64,000 nt of DNA from Amoebophrya sp. A120 (GCA_905178155.1 CAJINV010000013.1:2532352-2596351); one strand, 5' to 3'. Shown: positions 1 through 12,800, counted from the first letter of the stretch. The notes: generated by a model not told the origin, from the sequence alone. Made by a program: numbers and translations.

Positions 1-369
1 AGATATAACCGGAAAGAAAAAAAAAAAATAAATTCATTCATTCTCGACGTCTAATGGTTTTGAAAAATATAGAAAATCTGATAAAGGAATCATAAGAAAT
101 TTATTCAAGAAAATTGATATTCTAGAAGAAATATTTTTTTTCGGCTTCCATATATCCAATTCATAAAATTATGAAATCGAAGACATCAGAAATTTTCGAA
201 GAAAAAAAAAAAATTTCTTTGATTTACAGAATGAAAATCATTTTCAAATGAAATTTTTTATGAATATAACTCCTATTGCTGAGCTGCGCGAGTTCAAACT
301 TTGCGACGAGGAGGAAAATCGTCCACGCCGAAATTTTTTTGCCCGTTTTCAAACTTTCAAAAGCTGTCG

Positions 370-1280
370 CGATTTGCGAAATCGGCCAACGGCACACGGC
401 GAACGGCCGACGGCGAATCGCCCAAGTCCCCTGGCAAACGGCGAATCGCCCAACGGCGAATCGCCCAAGTCCCATGGCCAGCGGCGAAGCGCCCAAATCC
501 CATCGCAAACGGCGAACCGCCCAACGGCGAATCGCCCAAGCAAGTCCCATCGCAAACGGCGAATCGCCCCAGTCACGTCGCAAATCGAAATATTTTGCAA
601 GCAAAAACATTTCGCAACTCGAAATATTTTGCAACTCCAAACATTTTGCAACTCGAAATATTTTGCAACTCCAAACATTTTGCAACTTCAAATATTTACT
701 TGCGGCGCAAAATATTTCGCAAGTCCAAATATTTTGCAACGCAAAATATTTTGCGACCCAAAATATTTCGCGACCCAAAATATTTCGCGACCCAAAATAT
801 TTCGCCAACGGCCGACGGCCAACGAACGGCCAACGGCGAATCGCCCAAGTCCCATGGCAAACGGCGAATCGCCCAATGGCGAATCGCCCAAGTCCCATGG
901 CAAACGGTGAATCGCCCAAGTCCCATCGCAAGCGGCGAATCGCCCGACGACGACTCGCCCGAGTCCCATCGCAGACGGCGAATCGCCCAAGTCCCTTCGC
1001 AACCCGAAATATTTTGCAACTCCAAATATTTTGCGACTCGAAACATTTTGCAACTCCGAACATTTTGCAACTTCAAATATTTTGCGGCTCAAAATATTTC
1101 GCAAGTCCAAATATTTTGCAACTCAAAATATTTCGCAAGTCCAAAAAAATTTTGCGACCCAAAATATTTCGCGACCCAAAATATTTTGCGGCCCAAAATA
1201 TTTCGCGAGCGAAGATTTTTCGCGACGCCCAATATTTTGCAATCCCCGAAAAATATTTGCAGGCGAAAATATTTCGCAAC
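370..1280. repeat. Composite satellite: alternating blocks of GGCGAATCGCCCAA(GTCCC) and AAATATTT(T/C)GC units
   Basis: GGCGAATCGCCC recurs at ~410-570 and ~835-990; AAATATTTTGC/AAATATTTCGC recurs at ~585-805 and ~1005-1280. The overlapping ORFs in all frames are repeat artefacts. Confidence 0.9.
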
Positions 1281-1317
1281 AATCTGCCGAGACCCTGCCT
1301 CCCCGGTTTTGCAGCAT

Positions 1318-1990
1318 AGGGAAAGCGGGAAGCACGGGGAAAGCGGGAAGCACGGGGAAAGCGGGAAGCACGGGGAAAGCGGGAAGCACGGGGAAAGCGG
1401 GAAGCACGGGGAAAACGGGAAGCAAGGGGAAAACGGGAAACACGGGGAAAACGGGAAGCACGGGGAAGCGGGAAGCACGGGGAAAGCGGGAAGCACGGGG
1501 AAGGCGGGAAGCACGGGGAAGGCGGGAAGCACGGGGAAAGCGGGAAGCACGGGGAAAGCGGGAAGCACGGGGAAAGCGGGAAGCACGGGGAAAGCGGGAA
1601 GCACGCCAAGCACGGGGAAGGCGGGGAGCACGGGGAACGCGGGAAGCACGGGGAAAGCGGGAAGCACGGGGAAAGCGGGAAGCACGGGGAAAGCGGGAAG
1701 CACGGGGAAAACGGGAAGCAAGGGGAAAACGGGAAACACGGGGAAAGCGGGAAGCACGGGGAAAGCGGGCAACACGGGGAAAGCGGGAAGCACGGGGAAA
1801 GCGGGAAACACGGGAGGCACGGGGAAAGCGGGAAGGGCGGGGAAAGCGGGTAGGACGGGGGAAGCGGGAAACACGGGGAAAGCGGGAGGCACGGGGAAAA
1901 TTTAAGCGGGAAGCACGGGGAAAGCGGGAGGCACGGGGAAAGCCAGCGGGAAGCACGGGGGAGGCGGGAAGCACGGGGGAAACTGGAAGC
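1318..1990. repeat. 18-bp G-rich minisatellite (GGGGAAAGCGGGAAGCAC)n
   Basis: More than 30 near-identical tandem units; translates as GKAGST/ESGKHG repeats. Confidence 0.95.
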
Positions 1991-3395
1991 ACGAGCGGAG
2001 GGCGCACAGACGGCGGGGGGTACGCACGGCGAACGCCGCCGGCGGCCAAGCACCAGGCGAGCAGCTGCCCACCACCCTCCCCCGGCGCCCTCCCTCTGTT
2101 CGCGCAGGAAAAGCCGCGCCCCAGCGCCAGGCTTGCAGGCGAGCGGCTGCCCACCACTCTCCCCCGGCGCCCTCCCTCTGTTCACGAGGAGGCCGGCAGA
2201 GGGCGCCACCATCCGCCGTCTCTGTCTTGGAGGGTGCGCGCGAGGGAAACAGGCGGGGGCGGGACAGATTGCATGCCAGCTAACGCGGCGGGCGCCGTTG
2301 TTGCCCGGGGGTGCTGGGGGAGGGTGGTGGGCCCCTGCGCCTGGAGGGCAATGAATGCCCCGCCCCGGCGCCCGTCCCCCATCCACGCGCGCGACAGGGG
2401 CCCCAGCGCGCCCCTGCTCTGCAAGGCTGCGCGCGGGAGCAGGGCGGGGGGTGGCACCCACCAAGGCGCGCAGGGGCGGGGCACACATCCAGGCGGCAAG
2501 AACGGGCAACGCCACAGACGCGCGGGCGGGGCGTCACGCGCCAGCGCCTCGCATGGCGCGGACTGTAGTTCCCCTGCTTCCTTGCTCCGTCCACTGCCGC
2601 CCGCCCGCTGCCGCGCTTTGCGTTGCTGCTGGGGCCTAAGGCTTGCCGCCACGCAAGCGCGCGCCCAGTGCGGGCGGAGTCCTCGCGCTCGCACAACGAC
2701 GGGAACTACGGGCGCCATGGCGCTCCGCCTTCGTTCTTCCAGCAAGAAGCGGCGCAGATGCCTGGCCCCGCCCTGCATCAAAAATTTTTTCCCTTGCCCA
2801 CCCTCTGGCGTTTTTCTTTCCCCCCTGTCGACTCGTTCACCCTCCCACTGCGCGACATAAGCTGCGGCCTTGTAAATCTTGAAAGAATCCTCCATACCGA
2901 TTCCCATCGATCATGACATATATTTAGATTTCTTTTTTTCTATTTGAATTAACATCATTCCAACGAAATAATGACGAAATGATATGGGGTATTCCATGAT
3001 GAATTAGATTTCGGAAATTCGGAGAATTTTTTTTTTGAATTTGGAATTATTTTCCGATATTCTTGAGAAGAGATCGAGAAATCAGAAAAAGATTTTCGGG
3101 AAATCATGTTGACTAAAAAGATTAAAAATGATATCCGATTCCGATGGAGGGATATCAACACATCTAATTGCAAAAAATGATATTTGAATGATCATATGAT
3201 TTTCGTTCTGATTCATTTTTAAATATAATGGAATCAGAATTCTTCTTCATCTCGTCCTCTTTCTTTCATTTCCTTTCATCTCATCCTCTGTGAATGTTTG
3301 ACCATCTAAGATGAGCACAATGCTCACAGCCATACGCGTATCCATATGTTCCGGATGAAGGAGTTTGTTATTCATCTCGTCATAAGTTACCTTGT

Positions 3396-6162
3396 TTATT
3401 TTTTTTGTTCAGCTTTCTCGTTTTCTTTCGTCGAGTGCAAATATGCCAGCACACGATGTAGATGAGCATGGTGTGACCTCCTGCCGATACTCACGCTAGC
3501 AATGCAGCGAGTGATCCTGAATAAGGCCAACGGTGTAGGACACGCATTCGCGGCATGCAGCATGGCTTATTGTTTAAGCTTAGCTACACTGCGGGGACAA
3601 TAAAACTGCAGATGCATGCAGGTCGGTCTCGATGTTGACATGACCAAGAGAGATGACATATTTGCACTCGCATAGATTTTCCCTCTCCTCCGGTTGTTGC
3701 AGCTGTTGTTTCCGTTCTTCCTTTCCAAACCGAATCGCTTCCGGAGTCGGCGGACGGCCGTAAAAGAGCACGAATTCGTACCAGAAAGATTCCAGGTCCA
3801 GGATGTCGTTGTGTGACGCGGCAGGAGCGGCGTAGAAACTTGGACTAGTATAATTTTGAGTACTAGTGCCACTATTTATTTTACCGCTACCTTTACTACT
3901 TTTCGCGGTGGTCGTCCCTGCCGTAGTAGAAGTTCCTGTCTCGTCCGGAAGATCATGTCGATACCCGGCTCCTCCATTCATCGTCCCACCCAAAAGATGT
4001 TCCGCAAATTTTCGGTGCACTTCCCGGCCGTGCTCGATGGGACAGATTTCGTCCTGCGCGCCGTGAATCATGTGGATTTTTGTTCTTCCACCCTCACCCA
4101 ACTGCGCAGTTCTTTTCTTTTTTTCTTCCTGATCCTGAAAACGCTCCAACTTCGCAAACAGCTCCTCCACCGCTTTCACGTTGTCCCACCGCTGCTCCGG
4201 CGGCACCGCAAAGTCCAGCACGAATTTTGGGACAGACTCGAGCTGTGGGAGCAATCTCTGTGCCATGTCCCGCACACTCGTGAACGGGGCCGAGAGGATC
4301 AGTGTGTCGAACTGACGGGAGGTCTTCGTCTTTCTCTTCTTCGCTGCTTCATCATTATCTTCGCCGGCCGCCGCAGTGGCTTGTTTTGCCAAATAATCCA
4401 GCAACGCCGCGCACCCGATGCTGTGCCCCAAGCCGTTGAACTGCAACTGCGCGACCGGTTCTGGGTCGCGCTCTTCCACGAGCTGCTCGAACCGGTTCAG
4501 GATTTCCACTATGCATGGCAAAAAGTTGTACTACCGTACTAGTACTAGTTGCATCACAATGTTTTTTTCACAAGGAGAAATCGAAATGGAATTTGTCATG
4601 CTAACTCAGATCTACCATTACGTTACCAAGCCGATTTGTCGTGCATGACTGCGTTCTTTAGAAGTACGAGTACGATATACTTTTCTTCGCTGCGAGCGGA
4701 TATCCACCGTGGACTGGTAAATGTTGTCCCGGTTCGGTTTGTATCCTGTGCAAAAGTATCGCATTCGTATAAATGCAAGTCTTGCATTTACAAATCTTTG
4801 TCTTCAGGCAAATCTGCATTACAAGCTGTCTGAGAAGTTACAAGCTGTCTGAGAACTGAGAAAGCACTTGCGCGAGAAAAAGAAGGCTGTACTGAACGAA
4901 CAGGACGAGTTGTGAACGGGCCAAAGAGACAATTGAGTCAAGCCCAGACAGGAAGAAGAAAGAAAGAAAGAAAGAAATCTGCATTACAAATTTTATTTCT
5001 CATGCTGAGGAAAGTTGTAATGCATTTATACGAATACGATACTTTAACTTTTGCAGTGCATAGTTTGTGCAGCGCCTCCGGATCGATTTCTTTTTCCTTC
5101 TCCGGTTCTACGTAGGTGCTGCCGTACCCCGGGTAGTCGGCAAAAATGAAGGCCGGCTTCTGGCGCGGCGTCGCCAGGTCCGGGAGGAGATCGGAGTAGT
5201 CCTTTTTCGCCCGTTCATCCGACGTTCGGCTCGTCCACTGAATCGCCGAAGAAAGCCACTCGAGCGCCACCATGCCGTTTCCGCCATACACCAACCAAAC
5301 CTGTCGGATTGGCACTCCCGTAGTGCTACTTGGGGGCCGCGAGGATGACACTGACGGGGAAGGAGCGGCGGCAGCAGAAGTAGTTTCTGATGCGGTTTGA
5401 TGTTCATCTTCCGGAGCGTCCTTCACGGGAGGTCTGAAGTCGCGCTGGAAAAAATCAGTCGGGGCAAAGAGGAAAAATTTGCGGTGAGTGATTCTCTGTG
5501 CGCTGGGGTATGCATATTTTCCAAAAGTAGTTGTACCTCGTCAGCATGCGAAGCCGAAAGAGCTGAATCTGCGCAAGATCAAAATGATAAGTACTAGTAC
5601 TGTGTCAACAATAAAATGCAAAGCGTCGCGCAGTGTTGTTGCGTTAAAAAAAAAAAGAATGCGCATCTACTGCGAAATCGTGTCGGGAAGGGAGCAAGGA
5701 TCGGCGGTACAACAAAGGTGAGGGGAATGGCATGTCGATGCATGTTGAGACGCATGCAATACTAGGAATGTACTTCTGCGATAATCGGACAAATTGGTAC
5801 CCTGATACCGATACCCGCCCGGCAGCTTACAGTACGCATCCGATGAATGGCACAACAACTTTTGCAGAGGGTATATTACCGCCCCCGGATTGGGATTGCG
5901 CTGCTATTGGCACGGAGATTTCTTCCAACTTGTAGTCGTTCCAGGTGACGTTGAGTAAGGGGGCGTAGCTGTTTTTTCCGTACGGCCTTGGGTAGTACAT
6001 CAAGGACTCGATCAGTCGGCGCGGAATGTAGCGCAACACGAAGTACGAGGAGGCGGCCAGGGCGGCCACCGTGAAGGCGGTGGTCTTGCGGCCTGGAAGC
6101 CGGCTAGTGAAAGAACTACTCATGGTGAAGAAGCTGGAGGTGGAGCCGGGCTCGGGGGGCAT
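3396..6162 (-). CDS. Alpha/beta-hydrolase fold protein (ABHD13/BEM46-like), multi-exon
   Basis: N-terminal hydrophobic stretch then YYPRPYG (5827-6162); YGGNG and DYPGYG (4938-5426); nucleophile GHSIG, SAPFTS, HGAQDEICP and SHNDI (3580-4521). Removing elements 4742-5062 and 4510-4702 gives ...EALHKPNRDNIYQSTVEILNRF.... Intron at ~5500-5830 is unresolved. Last exon ENEKAEQKK* is inferred. Confidence 0.8.
3426..3676. mobile_element. Variant TIR intron element, TSD TTTTC
   Basis: 14-bp IR CGAGTGCAAATATG (3432-3445) / CATATTTGCACTCG (3657-3670); TTTTC at 3421-3425 and 3677-3681. Removing 256 nt gives ...PEERENEKAEQKK* with stop at 3396-3398. Confidence 0.55.
4510..4702. mobile_element. TATS-ended introner, TSD TCCAC
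   Basis: Starts TATG, ends GATA; TCCAC at 4505-4509 and 4703-4707. Removing 198 nt joins STVE/ILNRF in frame. Confidence 0.8.
4742..5062. mobile_element. TATS-ended introner, TSD GTTTG
   Basis: TATCCTGTGCAAAAGTATCGCATTCGTATAAATGCA...TGCATTTATACGAATACGATACTTT..TTTTGCAGTGCATA; GTTTG at 4737-4741 and 5063-5067. Removing 326 nt restores frame. Confidence 0.9.
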
Positions 6163-7239
6163 GATCGTGAAAGTAAAACTTCTGGTAGAAGTGGACGAGT
6201 CACCGGTAGTTGCAAATGTTTTATTTTCTGCTGTTCTTTGAGGTTCGCTCAGTCTAGCACGACTACATGATCATGACTTGACAAATGTCGTAGTTTGACT
6301 CGGCAACCTCGTCGCGCTATTCGACCCATAATGTGAAGAAGAATATCATGTTGGATGTTTTGTCTCTTTCTCGCCAAGGTCTCTGGTGTCTGCGTTACAT
6401 CTAGTTCATCTGGGTCTACTACAAGTTGCATCATCTTCATCACATTTGGCAAAAGAAACACGAAAAAAAGAATTTCTGCGGCCACTGCCAGCGCCACGGC
6501 CGATTCAATATCGCGGAAAAACGTAGCGAGTGTGTCTATTATCTCTGTTGTGGCGATTCATCTTTATTCATGATACAGTGCCATTGCTTCATCAATCTTC
6601 CTCGTATCAACAAGCTCGAGCTAGACTCACCGCGACCATATCGGCAATACTAGCAGCAGAGTCAGTGCGTATGACATAAAATGAAAGTGCATTCGTGTCC
6701 TCGACAGGCTCTCCCCAATCATAACAACAAAATTCCATTTTGACTTTGGTGCTGAAACGTATATTCACAAAATTTATTTGATCAGAGTCAGACCCGAATA
6801 CTTCGCAAATCATTGAAACACGGAAACATTTTTCTAAACTCAAAATTGCTTGTGCGTTTTTCTCGTCGTAAAAACATGAATATCTTACACATCACGTAGC
6901 ACCATCTGTGTGGTTTGTAGCGTATTTGTACTTACTTTCATTACTTGCACTTGCTTATTGTTAGAGAAGGGCACGCTGTGGGACCTAAAAAACAACGGCT
7001 TCCGCTCCTGTAGCCTCAAAAACCAGCGCGGCCGCCGGAGAGTACTCCCGTCGTGTTGATTGGCCTCGTAAATGTCACGCGATTTGCCTCTTGTGGCGAC
7101 GCAGTCCGCCCGTGATTGTGCTTGCTTTGGCGAAACGTTTCAAAACAACACAGAAAACGACCCAAGTGGCAGAGTCCCGTGCTGTTTGCCGCCGGATTGG
7201 GAGGCGCGGCAAACCGGCGCACTCCTGCTGTTTGGACCG

Positions 7240-7990
7240 CCTGGAGCGAGCGACCTTCCCCCGGTGGTACGGCCTCGATTTGACCAGAGGACTTCACAGA
7301 GGACCCGTCAGAGGGCCCGAAGATCCTCTGTCGGGTCCTCTGGCACAATTTGGAACGCTTCGGACGGCCTTTCCCCGATGGTACGGCCTCGATTTGACCA
7401 GAGGACTTTACAGAGGACCCGTCGGAGGACCCGAAGATCCTCTGTCGGGTCCTCTGGCCCAATTTGCTTGGACCGCCTCGGGCGGCCTTTCCCCGATGGC
7501 ACGGCCTCGATTTGACGTGACCAGAGGATTTTACAGAGGACCCGTCAGAGGGCCCGAAGATCCTCGGTCGGGTGCTCTGGCCCAATTTGGACCGCCTGGA
7601 GCGACCTTCCCCCGGTGGTACGGCCTCGATTTGGCCAGAGGATTTTACAGCGGACCCGTCAGAGGACCCGAAGATCCTCTGTCGGGTCCTCTGGCACAAT
7701 TTGGACCGCCTCGGGCGGCCTTTCCCCGATGGTACGGCCTCGATTTGACCAGAGGATTTTACAGAGGACCCACCAGAGGACCCGAAGATCCTCTGGCGGG
7801 TCCTCTGGCCCAATTTGGACCGCCTGGGGCGACCTTCCCCCGGTGGTATGGCCTCGATTTGACCATGGGATTTTACAGCGGACTCGTCAGAGGACCCGGA
7901 GATCCTCTGTCGGGTCCTCTGGCCCAATTTGGGCCGCTTCGGAAGGGCCTCCCCCGGTGGCATGGTCCGTCCCGATTTGGCCAGAGGCCA
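7240..7990. repeat. ~115-bp tandem repeat (~6.5 copies), each unit with an internal hairpin
   Basis: CCCCG(G/A)TGG(T/C)A... recurs at ~7259, 7372, 7491, 7609, 7724, 7837 and 7951. Each unit has CAGAGGACCCG..CAGAGG / CCTCTGTCGGGTCCTCTG inverted arms. Confidence 0.9.
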
Positions 7991-8469
7991 GAGGGCTGTG
8001 CACATGGACCGTCGAAGGGCTCCGCAGCCCTCTGATGCGGCACCACGGACATTGCGGCAAACCGGCGCACATTTTGAAACGCACTCGGGTGCAGGCGCGC
8101 GGCCTTCGGCGTGTCTGCAAGCGCGCTGCGTCAGTCTGTCTTAACTACACGGCCCGCGTTGTCCTCTCTTGGTTATCAAGACCCCACGCGGTTGCAGGCC
8201 GCCACATTTGCCGCGCTTTGGTTGTCAAAACGCCGTTTAGACAACCACACAAACCACACAAGTTGGCAACTTGTAAGAACCAAGCCGAAGCAAGAAATGT
8301 GCGCCGGTTTGCCGGTGCCCGTGCTCACCGCCAACGCGGCAAGGGCAGGGACCCCTAGCTAAGGCCGGAGCCTCTGGCGCAAGGGCGCACCCGCCCCGGG
8401 CAGCCCGGGTGCCCGTCGGGGAGGGAGTGCAGCCCCGCAGGGCCGGCGCAGTCCGAGGGGCTAGCACGA

Positions 8470-9600
8470 ATATCGGATCCCCCCTGGCAAGGGGAGATCC
8501 CCGGAGGCTGGAGCGAAAGCACCGGGGCGAGGGCGGATCCCCCGAACTGAGGAGGACCCACCCAAAGAAAGTTCGTAGGCTTGACCCCCCCGGGCAAAAG
8601 GTGCGATCCAGGGCGCGCGGATCCCTCCGCGGGAGGCGGACCGGCCCGCCGGGGCGAGGGCGGATCCCCCGAAGACCAGCCGGGTCCACCGAGGTGATCC
8701 CCGAGAACGGGCGGGCCCTCGGGGAGCGGGCGGATCCTCGGGGCGCGGGCGGATCCCCTGGGCGAAGGCGGATCCCCGAGTAACGGGCGGATCCTCGGGG
8801 CGCGGGCGGATCCCCGGGGAACGGGCGGATCCTCGGGAAGCGGGCGGGTCCCCGAGTAACGGGCGGATCCCCTGGGCCAAGGCGGCTCCCCTGCGGGAAG
8901 GCGGATCTCCGGGAAGCGGGCGGATCCCCGAGGAGCGGGCGGCCCCCCTGCGGGAAGGCGGATCCCCGGGAAGCGGGCGGATCCCCGAGGAGCGGGCGGA
9001 TCCTCGGGGCGCGGGCGGATCCCCGAGTAACGGGCGGATCCCCGAGGAGCGGGCGGCTCCCCTGCGGGAAGGCGGATCCCCGGGGAGCGGGCGGATCCCC
9101 GAGGAGCGGGGAGACCCTCGGGCCGAGGGCGGATCCCCGAGTAACGGGCGGATCCCCGAGTAACGGGCGGATCCCCTGGGCGAAGGCGGATCCCCGGGGC
9201 CAAGGCGGATCCCCGGGAAGCGGGCGGACCCCCTGCGCGAAGCCGGATCCCCGGGGAATGGGCGCCCGCGCTCCTGGGCGAAGGCGGATCCCCGAGTAAC
9301 GGGCGGATCCCCTGCGCGAAGGCGGATCCCCGGGGAATGGGCGGGCTCCTGGGCGAAGGCGGATCCCCGAGTAACGGGCGGATCCCCGGGGCGAAGGCGG
9401 ATCCCCGGGAAGCGGGCGGATCCCCTGGGCGAAGGCGGATCCCCGGGGAACGGGCGGATCCCCGGGAAGAGGGCGGATCCCCGGGGAAGTTGGCGGACCC
9501 CCGGGGGCGAGGGCGGATCCCCGGGGGCGAGGGCGGATCCCCCGGGGAGCGGGCGGATCCCCGCGGGCGAGGGCGGATCCCCCGGAGAACGGGCAATCTG
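8470..9600. repeat. Very GC-rich ~19-20-bp degenerate minisatellite with core GGCGGATCCCC
   Basis: GGCGGATCCCC recurs dozens of times. The long ORFs are Pro/Gly/Arg repeat artefacts. Confidence 0.9.
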
Positions 9601-9831
9601 TTTCACGGGCGATATACGTGCTTCACGGTATTTAATTTCCCGAAAAATAACAAGCGGCCTTCGTAGTTCCGTCGTGTTTCGCGTTTTAGGTCTCAGAGCG
9701 TACCGGTCTCTATTGTTAGTAGAAGTAGCACTGAACAGGCTTTCCTAGCTGCATCTTCTGTTCCTAGGTTCATCTCCTCTCACGAGGACCGGATGCCGTG
9801 GTCGACAGTCGTAGTTCTTCTTCTTTTAGTG

Positions 9832-12800
9832 TTAGGTCTCATTCGCTTCATCCGACTGCAGATCAATCGTTCTCTCCTCCTGAGAGTGCTGCAATATCAA
9901 CACGGACTGTGAGTGCGAGGACGTCGTATTGTAGTTCGGTACTACCGTAGCTTCGTGATTGTGCCTGTCCGCATCTTCCAGATCAACCGTAACCTTGCTG
10001 GACGGACTTTTTGTGGTGTGATTTTTATTGTTCACACCAGGTCCCCGTCCTCCACGTCGCTCCGTGCTACCTTTGCTAGACGAGGTGACTTTGCTTGTCG
10101 AGGGAGGTGGCAAGTTTCTAGGCGAGCACGGGGAGGCAAGGACAACTGCTTGTTTTTCAGCTTGCGCAGAGCAGTAGGTGTTTACTCCGCTCTTAGTGGT
10201 AGTGATGCCAGGACCTGCTCCAGAGACGACAGTCGTAGTTTCGGGGTTGTTCTTCATCATACCAATACTGGATCGCACCCCGATCCCGCCAATCGTCGCA
10301 CGTGGAGTGCTCAACAGCGAGCTGACTCCAGGAGCTACTTGTCTTGTTGCATCACGCAAATGTTGATGAACAACTGCGGGATGATGTTGGAGTTGGGCAA
10401 AGCCAGCACTAGAGGAAGCACTACTAGCCGCCCCCGCCACGGGAGATGGAATATTTTTGACAACACCGCCGCAGGAACTCAAGTCCGCCTGCTTCAAGCG
10501 GGCGGAATTTGTGTAGTTCAACCTGGGGGTGAAAACGCCGTTGCATTTCTCCGTGATCCGCAGCTTGGGCATTTCGATCTTGTGCAACTGCTGGTCGTTG
10601 CTCGTTGTTCCTAAAGTCAGCATGTGCGCCACGGAAGAATTCGGGCTCCAGTATCCGGTAGCCCGGGTCCATTGTGTGTCGGCGGGAATGACGAGAGCAG
10701 TAGTGCCTTCTTCTTGATGTTGAAAGTGCTTCTGACCACTTCGCTTACTTTGCGGCTGCTCCTGGAACTGGTGCGCTCTAGTACCTGACGGCGAAGATGA
10801 GCCTGTTCCTCCTGCTGGGCTCGCCATGTTACTTGTAGTGCCGCCCACCACGTTTCGCGGCGGGGAAACTATCCTCCGTGCGGCGAGTTTTTCGAATTTG
10901 TTCGCAGAGGAAGCGAAGTTGCCCACGCGCATCTGCTCCTCCGCGAGCCGGGGGGAAGCTTGGACCGCGTGCACTTCCGTCACCAGGATTTCGTGTAGTT
11001 CATCGTGCTCCTGGTCATCTAAGTTGTAGCACGACTCAGAGGCGCTGTAGTTGTTTTCCGCATCAAGTGTAGCCTCATGCTGCCTACTGACTCTTGTCAC
11101 GCCAGACTTTATGAGCAAAGGCTGGGTGCGTCGAGGGGTGTAGTTTCTGTTTTTCTCCGCCACGACGGCCACTGGTTCTGTAGAAGAGGTAGTTCCTGCA
11201 CAATCATCGTTACAGCCAGCAGCGAGCGCAGAAGTAGAGAAGCTACAGGAATTAGAACACGCGACGTCGTCGTTTGCTCTGCCTACTAACTGGGGATCAC
11301 GCACTCGCACCTCACCGGAAGTAGATGAAAACTCTTGCTGTGGAGGATCTTCGTCGTGTACCGCTATGGACGCACACTCATTTATTCCGGTACCATCGCG
11401 ATTACGATAGCTATCGGGAAATAATCACGATAGCTAGCGGAAACGAGTGCGCTGCCGCCGTAGGTTGTGCCGTTTAGAGCCCGACGGTGCACCTCAAACG
11501 CCGCAAAAAGGGCTCTGCGAACGTGCAGGCGCCGGCGCGGTTCACGCCCGATCGCGGCCTCACTACTTTCCGACCGCTGTTGCCAGGTGGGATTTACACT
11601 GTGGCGCCCCATTTGGAAATAAGGCTCTACGCCCCCGGCAAAGAGGGCGGAAGAGAACATATAAACGACGGCCACCAGAGCAATTCACATGGCAAGACAA
11701 GCTCACGCATATCTATGTCCGCATACCAAACGCAAACGGAGCATGCAGCCGCGCTCCATAGCGCGGCCGGGCGCCTTGTCAATACCGACTCGCCGAGCGC
11801 GTGCAAAAACAGGGCAGCTGGCTGCCGGCTTCGCGTCGGGCCACGGCTCCCTAATACGACTATACTGTCTGACAAGGTTAGACGGTCGGCACTGCACCGG
11901 GCTAGGTCCCCTCCGCAGCGAAATGCGCATGCAATGCGCCGCTGCCGAGCTCCGGCGGCCCGGCCCAACGCACACGTTGTGCGTCGATTCTTGGAGAGGA
12001 GGGCCTGGGTCAGGCCACAGTCGCTAGACCCACCCCCACGCCAGGCAACAAATAAAAGCAAAAGGACGAAAATTGGCCCGAGCAGTCCCCGCGCGCCCGA
12101 GGTTGCTGGCCTTCCATTCACCCCTGCCTACCAAGAAACGCGTGGTGGTCTCGGTGGCCGTGAGCCCTACGGGCTCTGCGCCAACCATGATTCAAAAATA
12201 AGATGAACTGGGCAGGCACGCACGTTGTCGCACAGCGGCAGTGCGCGTCTCGCTCGCAGGGCCAAGCAAGGTGCGGCCCAACCTCCCACACAGAGCTATC
12301 GCCCACCTGGGAAAAACCTCTGGAACGAGGGCCGGCCAAGAAAAAAAAGGCTGCGCAGACGAACGCCAACCAGGCCGAGATTCTCGATTCTAGCGGCGAA
12401 ACAGCTCGGGCGAAGGTGTTTCGACGTCGAAACACCTCCGCGCGACCTGTTTCGACAAAACGCCAGCGATTAAATCGGCGAAACACCTTGGCGCGACCTG
12501 TTTCGCCGATTGAATCGGGACGCTGGGCCCGCCGGGCCTGGTGCGCGGTGACGGCGCCCGCGCAACAGAAGCAGAACAGAAAAAGAGGGAACATCCAGCG
12601 GAATAGGGCCGCAGTTGTTCATAGCCTAACTCTTGCTGCGGATCTTCGTCGTGTACCGCGAAACATGAAGAACTCGACGTAGTTGCATGTCTTGTGTGGT
12701 CGTCACGCGTTTTCATCTTGGACGGCGCATTGTTTATTCTCGCTTGCTTCCCTGCGGTAGAGGCGATTCTCGCGGCGGTCCTGACACCTTTGTTTCCCGC

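Noticed and set aside
224-2907. Many long overlapping ORFs on both strands
   Set aside because: They arise from stop-poor satellites and GC-rich DNA; the translations are periodic and show no domains.
5506-5874. GGGTAT direct repeat with a weak IR as an intron in the hydrolase gene
   Set aside because: Removing 363 nt does not restore the frame, so the boundary is left unresolved.
7016-9666. 300-400-aa repetitive ORFs and a superficial CRISPR-like periodicity
   Set aside because: The units are full tandem repeats without unique spacers, there are no cas genes, and the context is eukaryotic.
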